From the IMG/VR virus record IMGVR_UViG_3300047562_003246, positions 32,001 to 96,000 of that record: a stretch of 64,000 bases of DNA; one strand, given 5' to 3'. Each line of letters starts with the position of its first letter. Positions within the stretch are counted from its first letter, which is position 1. This document shows, in pieces, positions 35,745 to 44,844 of this stretch. The notes beneath the pieces are model-generated. The model worked only from the letters and a program-made list of their open reading frames with translations, did not search any database and had not been told where the DNA came from. This stretch comes from a virus. The translations under genes were made by a program, and so were the position numbers.

Positions 35745-36104
35745 ATGCCACTGATTTATGGAAACGTACCGAGAACACTACCAGGGTCATACCGGTACGC
35801 TAATTCTGCTTTGGTAGACGAGACCCTGACACAGGGTCAAAATACGACACCAAGTTATTTTGAAGTCGCCAAGCATTTACATGACGAAAACAAAGTAACG
35901 CTTGCAATTACTGCCAGCGGTAACTACGAGTTGCTTATTGAAGTTTCCATTGATGACGGCGTAACATTCAAGACGCTTCGGTCAGTGACTCAAGCGGACC
36001 CAGCAATCATACCTATTAGCTACGTTGATTCAAGTATGAAACTGCGAGTTAGGGCCGTGACGCTTACCGGTAGTGCTAGGGTAGTATTAAGACAAGGAGG
36101 TTAG
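35745..36104 (+). CDS. small beta-sandwich putative virion protein
   Basis: 119 aa; IEVSIDDGVTF motif. Confidence 0.6.
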   Translation: MPLIYGNVPRTLPGSYRYANSALVDETLTQGQNTTPSYFEVAKHLHDENKVTLAITASGNYELLIEVSIDDGVTFKTLRSVTQADPAIIPISYVDSSMKLRVRAVTLTGSARVVLRQGG

Positions 36105-36165
36105 TCACTGACTAACCTTTGATTTTGGTTTGAAAAAATGTTTCCTGTTTGTTAAAGGAATGAAG

Positions 36166-36573
36166 ATGGATTTGCTGAATTTTCTGATCCGCTTTGGGCA
36201 ACAAAGCATGGACAGCCTGAAAGAAATCATCGCGCTGATTGAAAAGATCACAAAGAGCGAAGATTTGGAAGAGCAGGTCAAGCTCGTACTTGAGATGCTC
36301 AAGATTGCTGTCGAGCTTACACCGACCGAAATGGATGACAACATTGTTGATCTGATCAGCAAGCTGACGGATTCGCCGCTGTTTGACATTCTGCTTCGCA
36401 TGATTAAGCGAAATGACCCGGCTACTTCTGTTGCCTACTTGACGACCGCACAAGTGCAAGAAATCGAAACAGTTCAAATGCAAGGAATTAACTTCCTGCA
36501 GCTTGTTTCGCTTGCTAATCTTGTGATGCAAATTTTGAAGACGATCAAGAAGTCACGACAAGCGACTCTGTAA
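36166..36573 (+). CDS. amphipathic helical protein, possibly holin-like
   Basis: LTPTEMDDNIV motif and amphipathic C-terminus INFLQLVSLANLVMQILKTIKK; SD aaagga. Confidence 0.5.
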   Translation: MDLLNFLIRFGQQSMDSLKEIIALIEKITKSEDLEEQVKLVLEMLKIAVELTPTEMDDNIVDLISKLTDSPLFDILLRMIKRNDPATSVAYLTTAQVQEIETVQMQGINFLQLVSLANLVMQILKTIKKSRQATL

Positions 36574-36607
36574 GTCTTCAAGCAAGTTTAAGCTTTTGAT
36601 CTGATAT

Positions 36608-36647
36608 AAACGGGTAATGCTCTTGGAACATTACCCGTTTATTTTTT
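36608..36647 (+). terminator. intrinsic terminator upstream of the S8 gene
   Basis: aaacgggtaatgctc/gaacattacccgttt stem (1 mismatch) followed by attttttg. Confidence 0.7.
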
Positions 36648-36655
36648 GATGAAAT

Positions 36656-37738
36656 ATGTACACTTTGCCATCAGATCTACCGGAAGATATTTGTTATATC
36701 CCTCCGGTTATCGTGCATCCTTTTGTTTTTACGGAACTTGAAAGCGTTCCTTGGCACATCGCTGACAGAAAGCTACAAACTTTCTGGCCCATTAGTGATG
36801 GCGGTAAGGATGTTAAAGTCGGCGTGATTGACACCGGTATTGATGCTAATCATGCCGAAATCAAACATGCTTTTGAAAAAGCTGTAGACTTTACCGGTAG
36901 CAGTCGCGGAGCCCGAGACGTACAAGGTCACGGCACTCACGTTGCTAGCAGCATTGTCGGCAAGCAAGTCGGTGGTGCGCCTAACGCTAGGCTTTATGTC
37001 TATAAGGCACTTGGCGATGAGGGCTGGGGCCAAAGCAACTGGATCGCTCAAGCTGTGCTGGCAGCGATTGCCGATGGCGTTGATATTATCAACATGTCTT
37101 TAGGCTCCGATTCGCCTTCTTCCACGATTTACAATGCGCTCAAGAAAGCACACGCAGCTGGGATAATCATCTTTGCCGCGACTGGTAACAACTCTAGTCG
37201 ACGCAATAGTTATCCAGCAGACTTCAACGACGTATGTATGGCGGTAGCTGCAATTGACCGCAATAAGAACCGAGCTTCTTTTTCAAACGCCGGTCAAGGT
37301 ACTGATATCTCTGATTACGGTGTACAAGTCATCGGTGCGCGGGCTGGCGGCGGACTTATCGCTATGTCAGGCACTAGCATGGCTACGCCAGTCTGTGCCA
37401 GCATGGCAGCTAATCGCATTTCGTTCCAGAAGAAGTACGGATTGCCGACGTTGAAAGTCAATGATTGGTATGCCGAGTTTCAGACTTTTTGTGATGATCT
37501 AGGCTCAAGAGGTAATGATCCGTTTTACGGAGCTGGTCAGATCAATCCAGAGAAGGCTTTCGGCGTTGCTCCAAAGAAACCCAAGCCGGATCCTGAGCCA
37601 GAACCGAAACCAGATCCCAAGCCGGATCCTGAACCGGGACCAACTCCTGCGTTCGAGCAGATTGGACGAATTATTAAACGTGATTCCGATGGGGCCATCT
37701 TCGTAGCAAACAACAACGGACTCACTGTTGCTCTATAA
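36656..37738 (+). CDS. subtilisin-family (S8) serine protease
   Basis: Complete triad: VGVIDTG, GHGTHVAS, SGTSMATP, plus oxyanion Asn in ATGN; C-terminal PKPDPEPEPKPDP linker. Confidence 0.95.
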   Translation: MYTLPSDLPEDICYIPPVIVHPFVFTELESVPWHIADRKLQTFWPISDGGKDVKVGVIDTGIDANHAEIKHAFEKAVDFTGSSRGARDVQGHGTHVASSIVGKQVGGAPNARLYVYKALGDEGWGQSNWIAQAVLAAIADGVDIINMSLGSDSPSSTIYNALKKAHAAGIIIFAATGNNSSRRNSYPADFNDVCMAVAAIDRNKNRASFSNAGQGTDISDYGVQVIGARAGGGLIAMSGTSMATPVCASMAANRISFQKKYGLPTLKVNDWYAEFQTFCDDLGSRGNDPFYGAGQINPEKAFGVAPKKPKPDPEPEPKPDPKPDPEPGPTPAFEQIGRIIKRDSDGAIFVANNNGLTVAL

Positions 37739-37778
37739 TCAGTAAACGCTCTCTCGTTTCCGTGGTTTAGGGAGCTTT

Positions 37779-37825
37779 ACCCGCTTTGGTACCTTGCCGC
37801 CTGTGGTATCCAAAGCGGGTTTTTT
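37779..37825 (+). terminator. intrinsic terminator
   Basis: acccgctttggtacc/ggtatccaaagcgggt stem followed by a T tract. Confidence 0.75.
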
Positions 37826-37910
37826 ATTGCCTGCATCGAATATTTTGTAAATCTGCGACCGTATGGCATGCTTAATTAAACGTAGAGTTTGTTTCTTTAC
37901 AGGCGAAAAA

Positions 37911-39758
37911 ATGAAAATCACGTATTTACTTTTGTTGTGGTTATTTTTGGTATCGACAGCGATTGCTCAGGAAGATCTTGCAGCTCCTGTTGACGATAAA
38001 CCGAGAATCATAGGTCGACCTGATTTAGCTTTAAAGGTTACCGCTCAAAGTGCCAGGGACTTAACCAATGTTGATCCTGCGGCAGCTGCTAATTCTTTTT
38101 ATGTGTGGATTCGAGATCCACAAGATAAAGAGTTTGATGCCATTTATGATTTTGTGCTTAATACGGCTGTCAGTCATGCGGCTGTTTTACTTAAGGCCGA
38201 TCGCATACGTAGCGAGCCAGCAGGTATTATTCTGCGATTAGATCTAAGGCAGTGGATACCCGACGAGAAGCTTCGAGCCAATTTTCGCAAGATCATTAAC
38301 GAAGAGTATTTTGATCCTGCGTTTTATGTGAAAGGCAAAGAGACAATCGGTGCCGCCGCAGAAGTTGCGTTTACTCCGACAAACTTTGACTACATTCAGA
38401 AGCTTTTCGGCGAGCAACATCCAAATTTAATATTCAAGAACGTTATTACGGACTCTACAGAAAATGACTTCAATCGAATTAAAGTAGCAACAGAGCCTTA
38501 CGTAAAAAACGGTACGTTATATCAGGCCGCTTATGTTGTTAATGAGGTTGTCGACTCGCCGGTAACTAACGGTGTGATCTTCGGCCCGGCCCTTCAAGAT
38601 CTGTGTTCACAAGATATACAGGATTTGACAACTATCAGCGGAATGACCATACCGATCGTGGAAGCTGAAAGGTTTATGGTTTTTGCGCTTAGAACACTTG
38701 AAGGCGGTCTTTATTACAAACTTCAAGGACTAATAGATGCCGAAGGTAAAAGACTATCTCAGGAAGAGTGGCTTAAAACTTTCGGTGCTGAAGAAAACGT
38801 TAGTGATGACCTGGGTGGACGCGAATTTGTCGGCATGTGGCACAGCGGTGTTACGAGCAAGCCTAGAAAGATTTCTTTCTTCTACGGTAGAAACCTGCGA
38901 CCATCGTCAGGTCTGCCGTTAGTTGTAGTTACGCAAGATAATTTGGACGAAACAGACGATACGGCGGTGCATCCGATGTACTCCCTATTAGATGTTAAGT
39001 TCGATGCGGCAGAAATTTTGGCGACAAAGCCGAATGGGATGATCGCTTATGGTCTCTTTGACGGTAACGGAGTTTTACAAGACCAAGCACCTGACAATCT
39101 GGTAAGAGATCACACTGTGCCTAGTCCGTTTACAAGCAGATTAGAGTGCGCGATTTCATGTATCAGATGTCATGGTCCGCATGACCAATGGATTCCAGTT
39201 AAAAATCACGTTAAGACATTGTTGTCGAACCTTGATAAGCAGGGACAAAAACTAACTGTCGTAGGTGATCTTACTGAGGACCTAGATATTGCCGAGCTAC
39301 AAGTTAGACTTGCGCACCTTTACAACGGCGATATCGACAGCGCATTGCAATTAGCAAGAGATCAATTTGAAAAAGCTTGCGCTAAAATGAGTCCGCTTGT
39401 TAGGCAAGAAGCTGATTACGCAAAGTGGACCGTACAAGTTCTTTCAGAGCGTTTTGAGAAATACCGGTATACTTGGATAGATCCTCAAGAAGCTCTAAGG
39501 ACGCTTGGCGTGGTAGTTTCTCAAGATCAAGCCAATGACTTATTTGCTCAGGTTGTTCCTGGCGTGGCAAAAAATAACGGACCAGCGTTGTTTGATATTG
39601 CTCTATTCACATTACGTTCACATGCGACTGATAGAGAGCTTGTTATCAGTCGGGAAGACTGGGAAAGAATTTATCAAGCTACTCTGGCGTATGCTATACA
39701 AAATGGATCGTTTCCTTTACCTGAAGAGGTTAAACCAAATGCAGAAGCTAACCAGTAA
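37911..39758 (+). CDS. exported protein with single CxxCH heme-c motif (Planctomycete-type cytochrome c-like)
   Basis: Signal peptide MKITYLLLLWLFLVSTAIA; NGMIAYGLFDGNG..DQAP..LVRD...ISCIRCHG. Confidence 0.7.
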   Translation: MKITYLLLLWLFLVSTAIAQEDLAAPVDDKPRIIGRPDLALKVTAQSARDLTNVDPAAAANSFYVWIRDPQDKEFDAIYDFVLNTAVSHAAVLLKADRIRSEPAGIILRLDLRQWIPDEKLRANFRKIINEEYFDPAFYVKGKETIGAAAEVAFTPTNFDYIQKLFGEQHPNLIFKNVITDSTENDFNRIKVATEPYVKNGTLYQAAYVVNEVVDSPVTNGVIFGPALQDLCSQDIQDLTTISGMTIPIVEAERFMVFALRTLEGGLYYKLQGLIDAEGKRLSQEEWLKTFGAEENVSDDLGGREFVGMWHSGVTSKPRKISFFYGRNLRPSSGLPLVVVTQDNLDETDDTAVHPMYSLLDVKFDAAEILATKPNGMIAYGLFDGNGVLQDQAPDNLVRDHTVPSPFTSRLECAISCIRCHGPHDQWIPVKNHVKTLLSNLDKQGQKLTVVGDLTEDLDIAELQVRLAHLYNGDIDSALQLARDQFEKACAKMSPLVRQEADYAKWTVQVLSERFEKYRYTWIDPQEALRTLGVVVSQDQANDLFAQVVPGVAKNNGPALFDIALFTLRSHATDRELVISREDWERIYQATLAYAIQNGSFPLPEEVKPNAEANQ

Positions 39759-40845
39759 GCTACTTGTCGTAGCTTCAATTTTCGCTGTTGGATTGTCTTG
39801 CCTGCAAGTTGCAAAGGCTGGTGATCCATTTTTTCGCAGTCGAGCAGTCGTATTAGGGCACGGACACTGCGTGACTCCAGTTCAGAGCTTTCATCAGCCG
39901 GTCTTTAATTATTCTTCGCCGGTTGTTGTGAAGTCTCATGTTGTAGACTCGCACGTTGTCAGTTCTCACGTCGCTCATCCTGTTCATCATGTCGATAAGA
40001 CTGATGATGTAACTGCAGCGCTCAAAGTCATCACTGACTTCAAGCTCAAACAACAAGCACTCGATCAAGGTCTGAACGCACTAGGCTACACACCTAGTCA
40101 AGCTGCACAGCAGTACGCTCAACCGCAATATGCTCAGCCGCAGCAAGTTTACGGCGGCAATATTAATTACGGTTTGGCTCCTTACGCACAAGGTGCTACT
40201 CAGTATCAGGTTGAATCACTACAGCTGTCGTCGTTTACTGATAATGTTGACGGGGTGAAAGAGCATATCAACTCGCTAATGCGTTTAGCCGAGAATATGC
40301 AAAAGAATAGCCTGACCGTCGGTACTTCTGTACAGTCGACGGTGCAAACACTTGCTGACAGTGCAAGTAAGCAAGCGGAGTCTCAAGTAGAAGTCGCTCG
40401 CATTACTTCTGAAGCCGCAGCTAGGGTTGCTATGATCCAAGCGGCTGCTCAACTTGTTAGCGAAAGCAAACTGAATTCCAAGATTGATCTGAATATCGAA
40501 AGATCTTCTGGTGGTCAGACCGGTGAAGGTACTGTCGGCGAGCCCATCGTAGTCGAGTCCGTAGAGCAAGAAGTTCAAACGCAAGAAATGCCTCAAGCAG
40601 CTATTCCAGCTGGTCTCGACCAAATGACAGCCGTCAAGCTTGTGACCGAGTCTTGCGGAGCTTGCCATATGGGCGGAAAGACGAAAGGTAACTTTTCAAT
40701 GTTAGAGGGACAGATGTCCCAAGCTGATATTGATACTTCGATTGCTGAAGTATTTACCGGTGAAATGCCGAAGCAAGCAAAACTGACCACCGCAGAGCGG
40801 CTGCAGATGGCAGAAGCAATTAAACTTTTTGGCGCTGCTAAATAA
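39739..40845 (+). CDS. exported protein with C-terminal class I cytochrome c domain
   Basis: Signal peptide from ATG 39739 (SD gaggt); SCGACHMGG...GEMP (CxxCH plus distal Met-Pro). Confidence 0.75.
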   Translation: MQKLTSKLLVVASIFAVGLSCLQVAKAGDPFFRSRAVVLGHGHCVTPVQSFHQPVFNYSSPVVVKSHVVDSHVVSSHVAHPVHHVDKTDDVTAALKVITDFKLKQQALDQGLNALGYTPSQAAQQYAQPQYAQPQQVYGGNINYGLAPYAQGATQYQVESLQLSSFTDNVDGVKEHINSLMRLAENMQKNSLTVGTSVQSTVQTLADSASKQAESQVEVARITSEAAARVAMIQAAAQLVSESKLNSKIDLNIERSSGGQTGEGTVGEPIVVESVEQEVQTQEMPQAAIPAGLDQMTAVKLVTESCGACHMGGKTKGNFSMLEGQMSQADIDTSIAEVFTGEMPKQAKLTTAERLQMAEAIKLFGAAK

Positions 40846-40847
40846 GC

Positions 40848-41408
40848 ATGAACGCTTTACTGGCTTTATTCAAACTAATTGTTGCGGTGCTGGATTTATT
40901 TGCGCCTCCTCCGGTGAAACCAGATCCAGCGCCTCCTGAAGACAATCCTGACCCTAAACCTCCGGCTCCACCTACGCCTCCTGCTCATCCACTACCAAGT
41001 CCTCTTCCTCCTTCTGTTATTGAGCTACAGACATCTTTGCTTGTCGCTCACAATAGAATGCGAAAAGAAGCCGGTATTAACTCAATGCTTTTGCATAATG
41101 TTGAACTTGCAGCATTAGCACAAAAACAAGCTGAGTATCAGGCTTCCATAGAAGGCTGGAGAAATTTGCATGCAAGGCCAAACGGTGGTAGTCTGACAAA
41201 AGATTTAAAAACTTTATCGTTTGCGATTAGCGGCGGTGGAGAAAATGCAGCAGCTGGATATAATCGGGTTGCTGATGTAATGCAGGGATGGAAAAATAGT
41301 CGAGGTCACTACCAAAATATTATTCGTAGAAATTACACTCTTGTAGGTTTTGGATTTGCCAAAAGTAAAAAGGGTGTTGCCTACTGGGTAGCCATCTTTG
41401 TAGACTAG
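40848..41408 (+). CDS. CAP (SCP/Tpx-1/Ag5/PR-1) domain protein with Pro-rich linker
   Basis: AHNRMRKEAG, AQKQAEY, ENAAAG, WKNSRGHYQNI, VGFG...YWV. Confidence 0.9.
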   Translation: MNALLALFKLIVAVLDLFAPPPVKPDPAPPEDNPDPKPPAPPTPPAHPLPSPLPPSVIELQTSLLVAHNRMRKEAGINSMLLHNVELAALAQKQAEYQASIEGWRNLHARPNGGSLTKDLKTLSFAISGGGENAAAGYNRVADVMQGWKNSRGHYQNIIRRNYTLVGFGFAKSKKGVAYWVAIFVD

Positions 41409-41456
41409 ATGTATCAGACCTTTAGTTTCGTTATTCGCAATTCCAAGGAGAATAAA

Positions 41457-41948
41457 ATGCGAAGTATCTCAAGTCTCGGGTTGGCCTGCGTGGCCATGAT
41501 CGCAGTGTTTGTTTGCGCGCTTACAGCAAATGTTGCACACGCCGGTAATGGATCAGTTGTCGCAGACGTTCAGCTTCAGCCTTGTGTTGGTCCTAACTGC
41601 AATGCAAGTTTGAGTCAAGTTATTCAGCAACAAGCACAATTACAAAACGCTCAGCATCATTTTGTTTCGCATGGCGGCTTTGGCGCTGCAAACGTTGTTA
41701 AGCGACAAGTGGTTGTACAAGCTGTGCCTGTTCAGCAGCACGTTGTGCGTCAGCAATTTGTTGCGCCTCAGCGCGTTATCGTTCAGAATGTGCCTGTACA
41801 TCGCCAGCAAGTAATTGTGCAAAATGTACCGGTACATCAGCAGCGAGTATTAGTACAGTCGCACGGCTTCGGCGTTCAAGCCAACAATGTTCGTGTTCGC
41901 AGCGTTGAACGTGTTCGTGTTTCGAGGTTCCCTCGATTGTTCAGGTAA
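41457..41948 (+). CDS. secreted Q/V/H/R-rich low-complexity protein (Planctomycete style)
   Basis: SD aaggag, signal peptide, repeats VIVQNVPVH. Confidence 0.75.
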   Translation: MRSISSLGLACVAMIAVFVCALTANVAHAGNGSVVADVQLQPCVGPNCNASLSQVIQQQAQLQNAQHHFVSHGGFGAANVVKRQVVVQAVPVQQHVVRQQFVAPQRVIVQNVPVHRQQVIVQNVPVHQQRVLVQSHGFGVQANNVRVRSVERVRVSRFPRLFR

Positions 41949-41983
41949 GCTACCATCGCTTGACTGAAGCACTCTCTCTTATT

Positions 41984-42023
41984 AAAAAGGCTGGCTTGTT
42001 AATTCAAGTCAGCCTTTTTTTTT
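41984..42023 (+). terminator. intrinsic terminator closing the exported-protein cassette
   Basis: 15-bp stem aaaaaggctggcttg/caagtcagccttttt, T9; 14-mer copy 6 follows immediately. Confidence 0.8.
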
Positions 42024-42037
42024 GTAGGATCCTGCGC
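42024..42037 (-). repeat. dispersed 14-mer, copy 6
   Basis: Exact match on the - strand; intergenic, between terminator T9 and ATG 42038. Confidence 0.95.
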
Positions 42038-42310
42038 ATGCCAGCGATCAAGTTGGACGACCATCAGGTTATGCTGTTAAATCGACAATTAAACGCAGTA
42101 CAAATGGAGCAGCAAGCTTTCAACGTACTGGTTGCTTCTTTCCTGTCGTTGGGTGGAATCCACAATCAAAACTTAGAAGATATAAGTTATGACCAAGAAA
42201 ACAGGTGTATCAGCTACCACGTCTCAGGCACTTACAAAGAAAACCAGGAGACCCAAGATCAGCAACAAGGCCAAGAAGATCAAGGCCGAAGAAATCAAAG
42301 CGACCGCTAA
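42038..42310 (+). CDS. small hypothetical protein
   Basis: ATG 42038 directly after the 14-mer, whose AGGA can act as an SD. Confidence 0.55.
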   Translation: MPAIKLDDHQVMLLNRQLNAVQMEQQAFNVLVASFLSLGGIHNQNLEDISYDQENRCISYHVSGTYKENQETQDQQQGQEDQGRRNQSDR

Positions 42311-43433
42311 AACGAAATCAAAGAAGGTTCGTAAAACTAATTTCGATAAGTCAGAGACAGTCGAGCAATCAGAACGAGTTTATGTGCCTCTGTTACCGAA
42401 AAAGAAAACAGCAAAATATTACTTTGACGCAGCTGAGACCAATTCACCGGATTGGCGAAACAGGCAGATCGAATCGATTTTGAATTTGACGCCGGATAAG
42501 TATTCGCTGGCGAACTATTTGCCCAAAGATGTTGCCAAGGCTTTTTATTTTCGAGAAGCCTGTAATCGTATTCGAGTCGATTGCGAAGATCACCGACAAG
42601 CAGAAATGATTTGTTGTAATCTTAATCCTGAGCTGTATTCTGCTTATAGGATTTATGAGCAACCAAGCGACATGCGTAGAGTAATGCTCGAAGCAAGGAT
42701 ACTCTCCGGACAGTCTGTCAGCGAGATAGCAAGACTAAGTGCGATGGATGACGAAGTCGTTGAGACTTATATGTCATTGTTTTTCGATGTGCAGAGTCGA
42801 CTGGAAGCTAAAGACTGGATTTGCAGCGAAGTACTCGGAAGAGTTTTTCAGTCCGGAGATACGCATTGGCATTATGCGATGACAGCAAAGTACTTTGCTT
42901 ATTTTGGTGGGCCGCAAATTTTAGAGTCAGTGATGTATGGTGCCAACCCGCTCCAATCACGCTGCAGCGGCGGTGACAGTATTTCTGGTTGGATCGACGG
43001 CGCTACGAGATTCAGAATTCGTGTTCAGTCTCTTGTGGCTGCCACGACTTACCAGCCTAATAGATTCGATGTGACAGATTTGCTTGGCGGTTATATGAGT
43101 TTGGTAGCGCTGGAAAACCGCGAGAAAGCTCTTGACGGTGAAGATAACGTGCTCACGAAAATCCTAGAAGCTGTGAAAATACAGAATCCTGTTTTGCTTG
43201 GTGATAAGGCTAACCCGGTAAAATATGGCCAAGACGTGATTCACCCATCTGTGGTACCAAGACCTGTAGAAAGAATGTTGTTGGCGCATGGCGAGGTACC
43301 TGAAACACTCAGCAGGTATACTGACAGTGAATATTCGTCAGAATTGACGCTGCGTTATGCACGAAAAGCAAGCGGTACAAAACAATTACCACCTGCTGAA
43401 GAAGTCAATCCAGCACCCGAACAGCCGCAGTAG
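42189..43433 (+). CDS. conserved phage head-module protein
   Basis: 414 aa; Lys-rich N-terminus; LEARIL..IA..Y..LFFDV..RL..DWI block. Confidence 0.7.
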   Translation: MTKKTGVSATTSQALTKKTRRPKISNKAKKIKAEEIKATAKTKSKKVRKTNFDKSETVEQSERVYVPLLPKKKTAKYYFDAAETNSPDWRNRQIESILNLTPDKYSLANYLPKDVAKAFYFREACNRIRVDCEDHRQAEMICCNLNPELYSAYRIYEQPSDMRRVMLEARILSGQSVSEIARLSAMDDEVVETYMSLFFDVQSRLEAKDWICSEVLGRVFQSGDTHWHYAMTAKYFAYFGGPQILESVMYGANPLQSRCSGGDSISGWIDGATRFRIRVQSLVAATTYQPNRFDVTDLLGGYMSLVALENREKALDGEDNVLTKILEAVKIQNPVLLGDKANPVKYGQDVIHPSVVPRPVERMLLAHGEVPETLSRYTDSEYSSELTLRYARKASGTKQLPPAEEVNPAPEQPQ

Positions 43434-43444
43434 CGCATTAAAAA

Positions 43445-44842
43445 ATGAATTCAGCTGTAAACCAATTAAGTGATGCCACCAAGCGACGGATCGTATCAGC
43501 AATTACGAGCATGACGGATCATTACAAACAAGGCAGTTCACCTAATGAGGCACTTGAAAAAGTAGCAGCCGAATTCGGATTGTTACCTTATCAGCTTCGT
43601 ATTGTCGGTCGAGGTTTTAACTCGGGACAAACGCAGACGGAGCTGTCTCGTGGTCAAACCATTGCAGAGAAGACTGCTGGTGCGTACCCGCTTGCCGATA
43701 TCGAGGGGACGATTAAAAAGATCTACACGGATAGTCCTGTCGCCAAAGCTGCACAGAAATATGTGGATGACGAAGTGTCTCCAGTTTATGCGCAGGATCC
43801 TACAGTTTTGCAATCGAAAGCAGCCAGTGTTGTCTCTTCTCCGAGAAACGCCGAGCCCGTCGACGATGCACCAAGTCGTCCTCCTGTTTGGGTAGCTCCG
43901 CATCTTTATGATGCAGCTGAAAAGACTTCAACAATATTTCAGTTGCGAGACACCATCATCGCAGCTGACAGAGAAGCGGCGGAAGCTGATACAGAAGCTA
44001 GAGTCCAAGAAGCTAGTTTCAAAGAAGCTGTCGCTAAGTACGCTCATGATGTAGACGTACTGCGTGATTTGTTGTTTGACGCTGAAAGGTTCTATGGACA
44101 AGAAGGTACTGAGCTATTTAAACAAGCCCTCGGTAGTTTTGCAGATTCAAGATATTCAAAGCAGATCAAACAGGTTACTGAACTGGGACCTAGTACGCTA
44201 CGAAAAATCGCATCGTCTGATAAGCATCCGGTTATTCAGAAATTGGCTGGCTGTATGGGCTCTAAGAAGAAGAGCAAAAAGAAGTATCTCAAGAAAGTTG
44301 CTCAGCGGATGATCGTAGCTAAGTTGCAGAGAATGATTCTTGGCAAAGAAAAAGTCGCAAGGTGCTATGGCGTAGAGGTAGGTAGCTACGGTCAGCAAGT
44401 TGAATCACATCTCAATAAGTTCGCAACCAACGTGAAGTCCATGCTGGCCGGAATCGCCGCTCATCGAGCTTCCAGTGGGATTGACCCAAATACATCAAAG
44501 TTTCGTGAGGCAGAACTGCAGATCGAAGATCCTGAGCATGAGCAAGCTCTTAGACAAATTCGGTTGCAAGCAACTTTGCAATCCTTACTGAACTACGATC
44601 CGATCGTGCAGTCCTATGATCCTGAAGAAGTGATCGTTGCTTTTAACGAACTCAGTCAAGCTGCCCCGGCCACGCTGGATAATCCTGTAATGCTTCGAGC
44701 AAATCTTCGAAGATTACTTCAAGGAGATATTGCCACGCACGAAGCCAACCAATTGCAATCTGCTGACATCGAACCACGCAAGCTTATTTCTCCGTTAGCC
44801 GCTCAGGTATCCCAAAGCGTTAAGCCAAGTAAAACTGTCTAA
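43445..44842 (+). CDS. K-x-A-rich putative internal head protein
   Basis: 465 aa; KVAA, KAAS, KIAS, KVAQ, KFAT; contains 14-mer copy 7. Confidence 0.7.
   Translation: MNSAVNQLSDATKRRIVSAITSMTDHYKQGSSPNEALEKVAAEFGLLPYQLRIVGRGFNSGQTQTELSRGQTIAEKTAGAYPLADIEGTIKKIYTDSPVAKAAQKYVDDEVSPVYAQDPTVLQSKAASVVSSPRNAEPVDDAPSRPPVWVAPHLYDAAEKTSTIFQLRDTIIAADREAAEADTEARVQEASFKEAVAKYAHDVDVLRDLLFDAERFYGQEGTELFKQALGSFADSRYSKQIKQVTELGPSTLRKIASSDKHPVIQKLAGCMGSKKKSKKKYLKKVAQRMIVAKLQRMILGKEKVARCYGVEVGSYGQQVESHLNKFATNVKSMLAGIAAHRASSGIDPNTSKFREAELQIEDPEHEQALRQIRLQATLQSLLNYDPIVQSYDPEEVIVAFNELSQAAPATLDNPVMLRANLRRLLQGDIATHEANQLQSADIEPRKLISPLAAQVSQSVKPSKTV
43790..43803 (+). repeat. dispersed 14-mer, copy 7
   Basis: Exact match; VYAQDPT. 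Confidence 0.95.
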
Positions 44843-44844
44843 TT

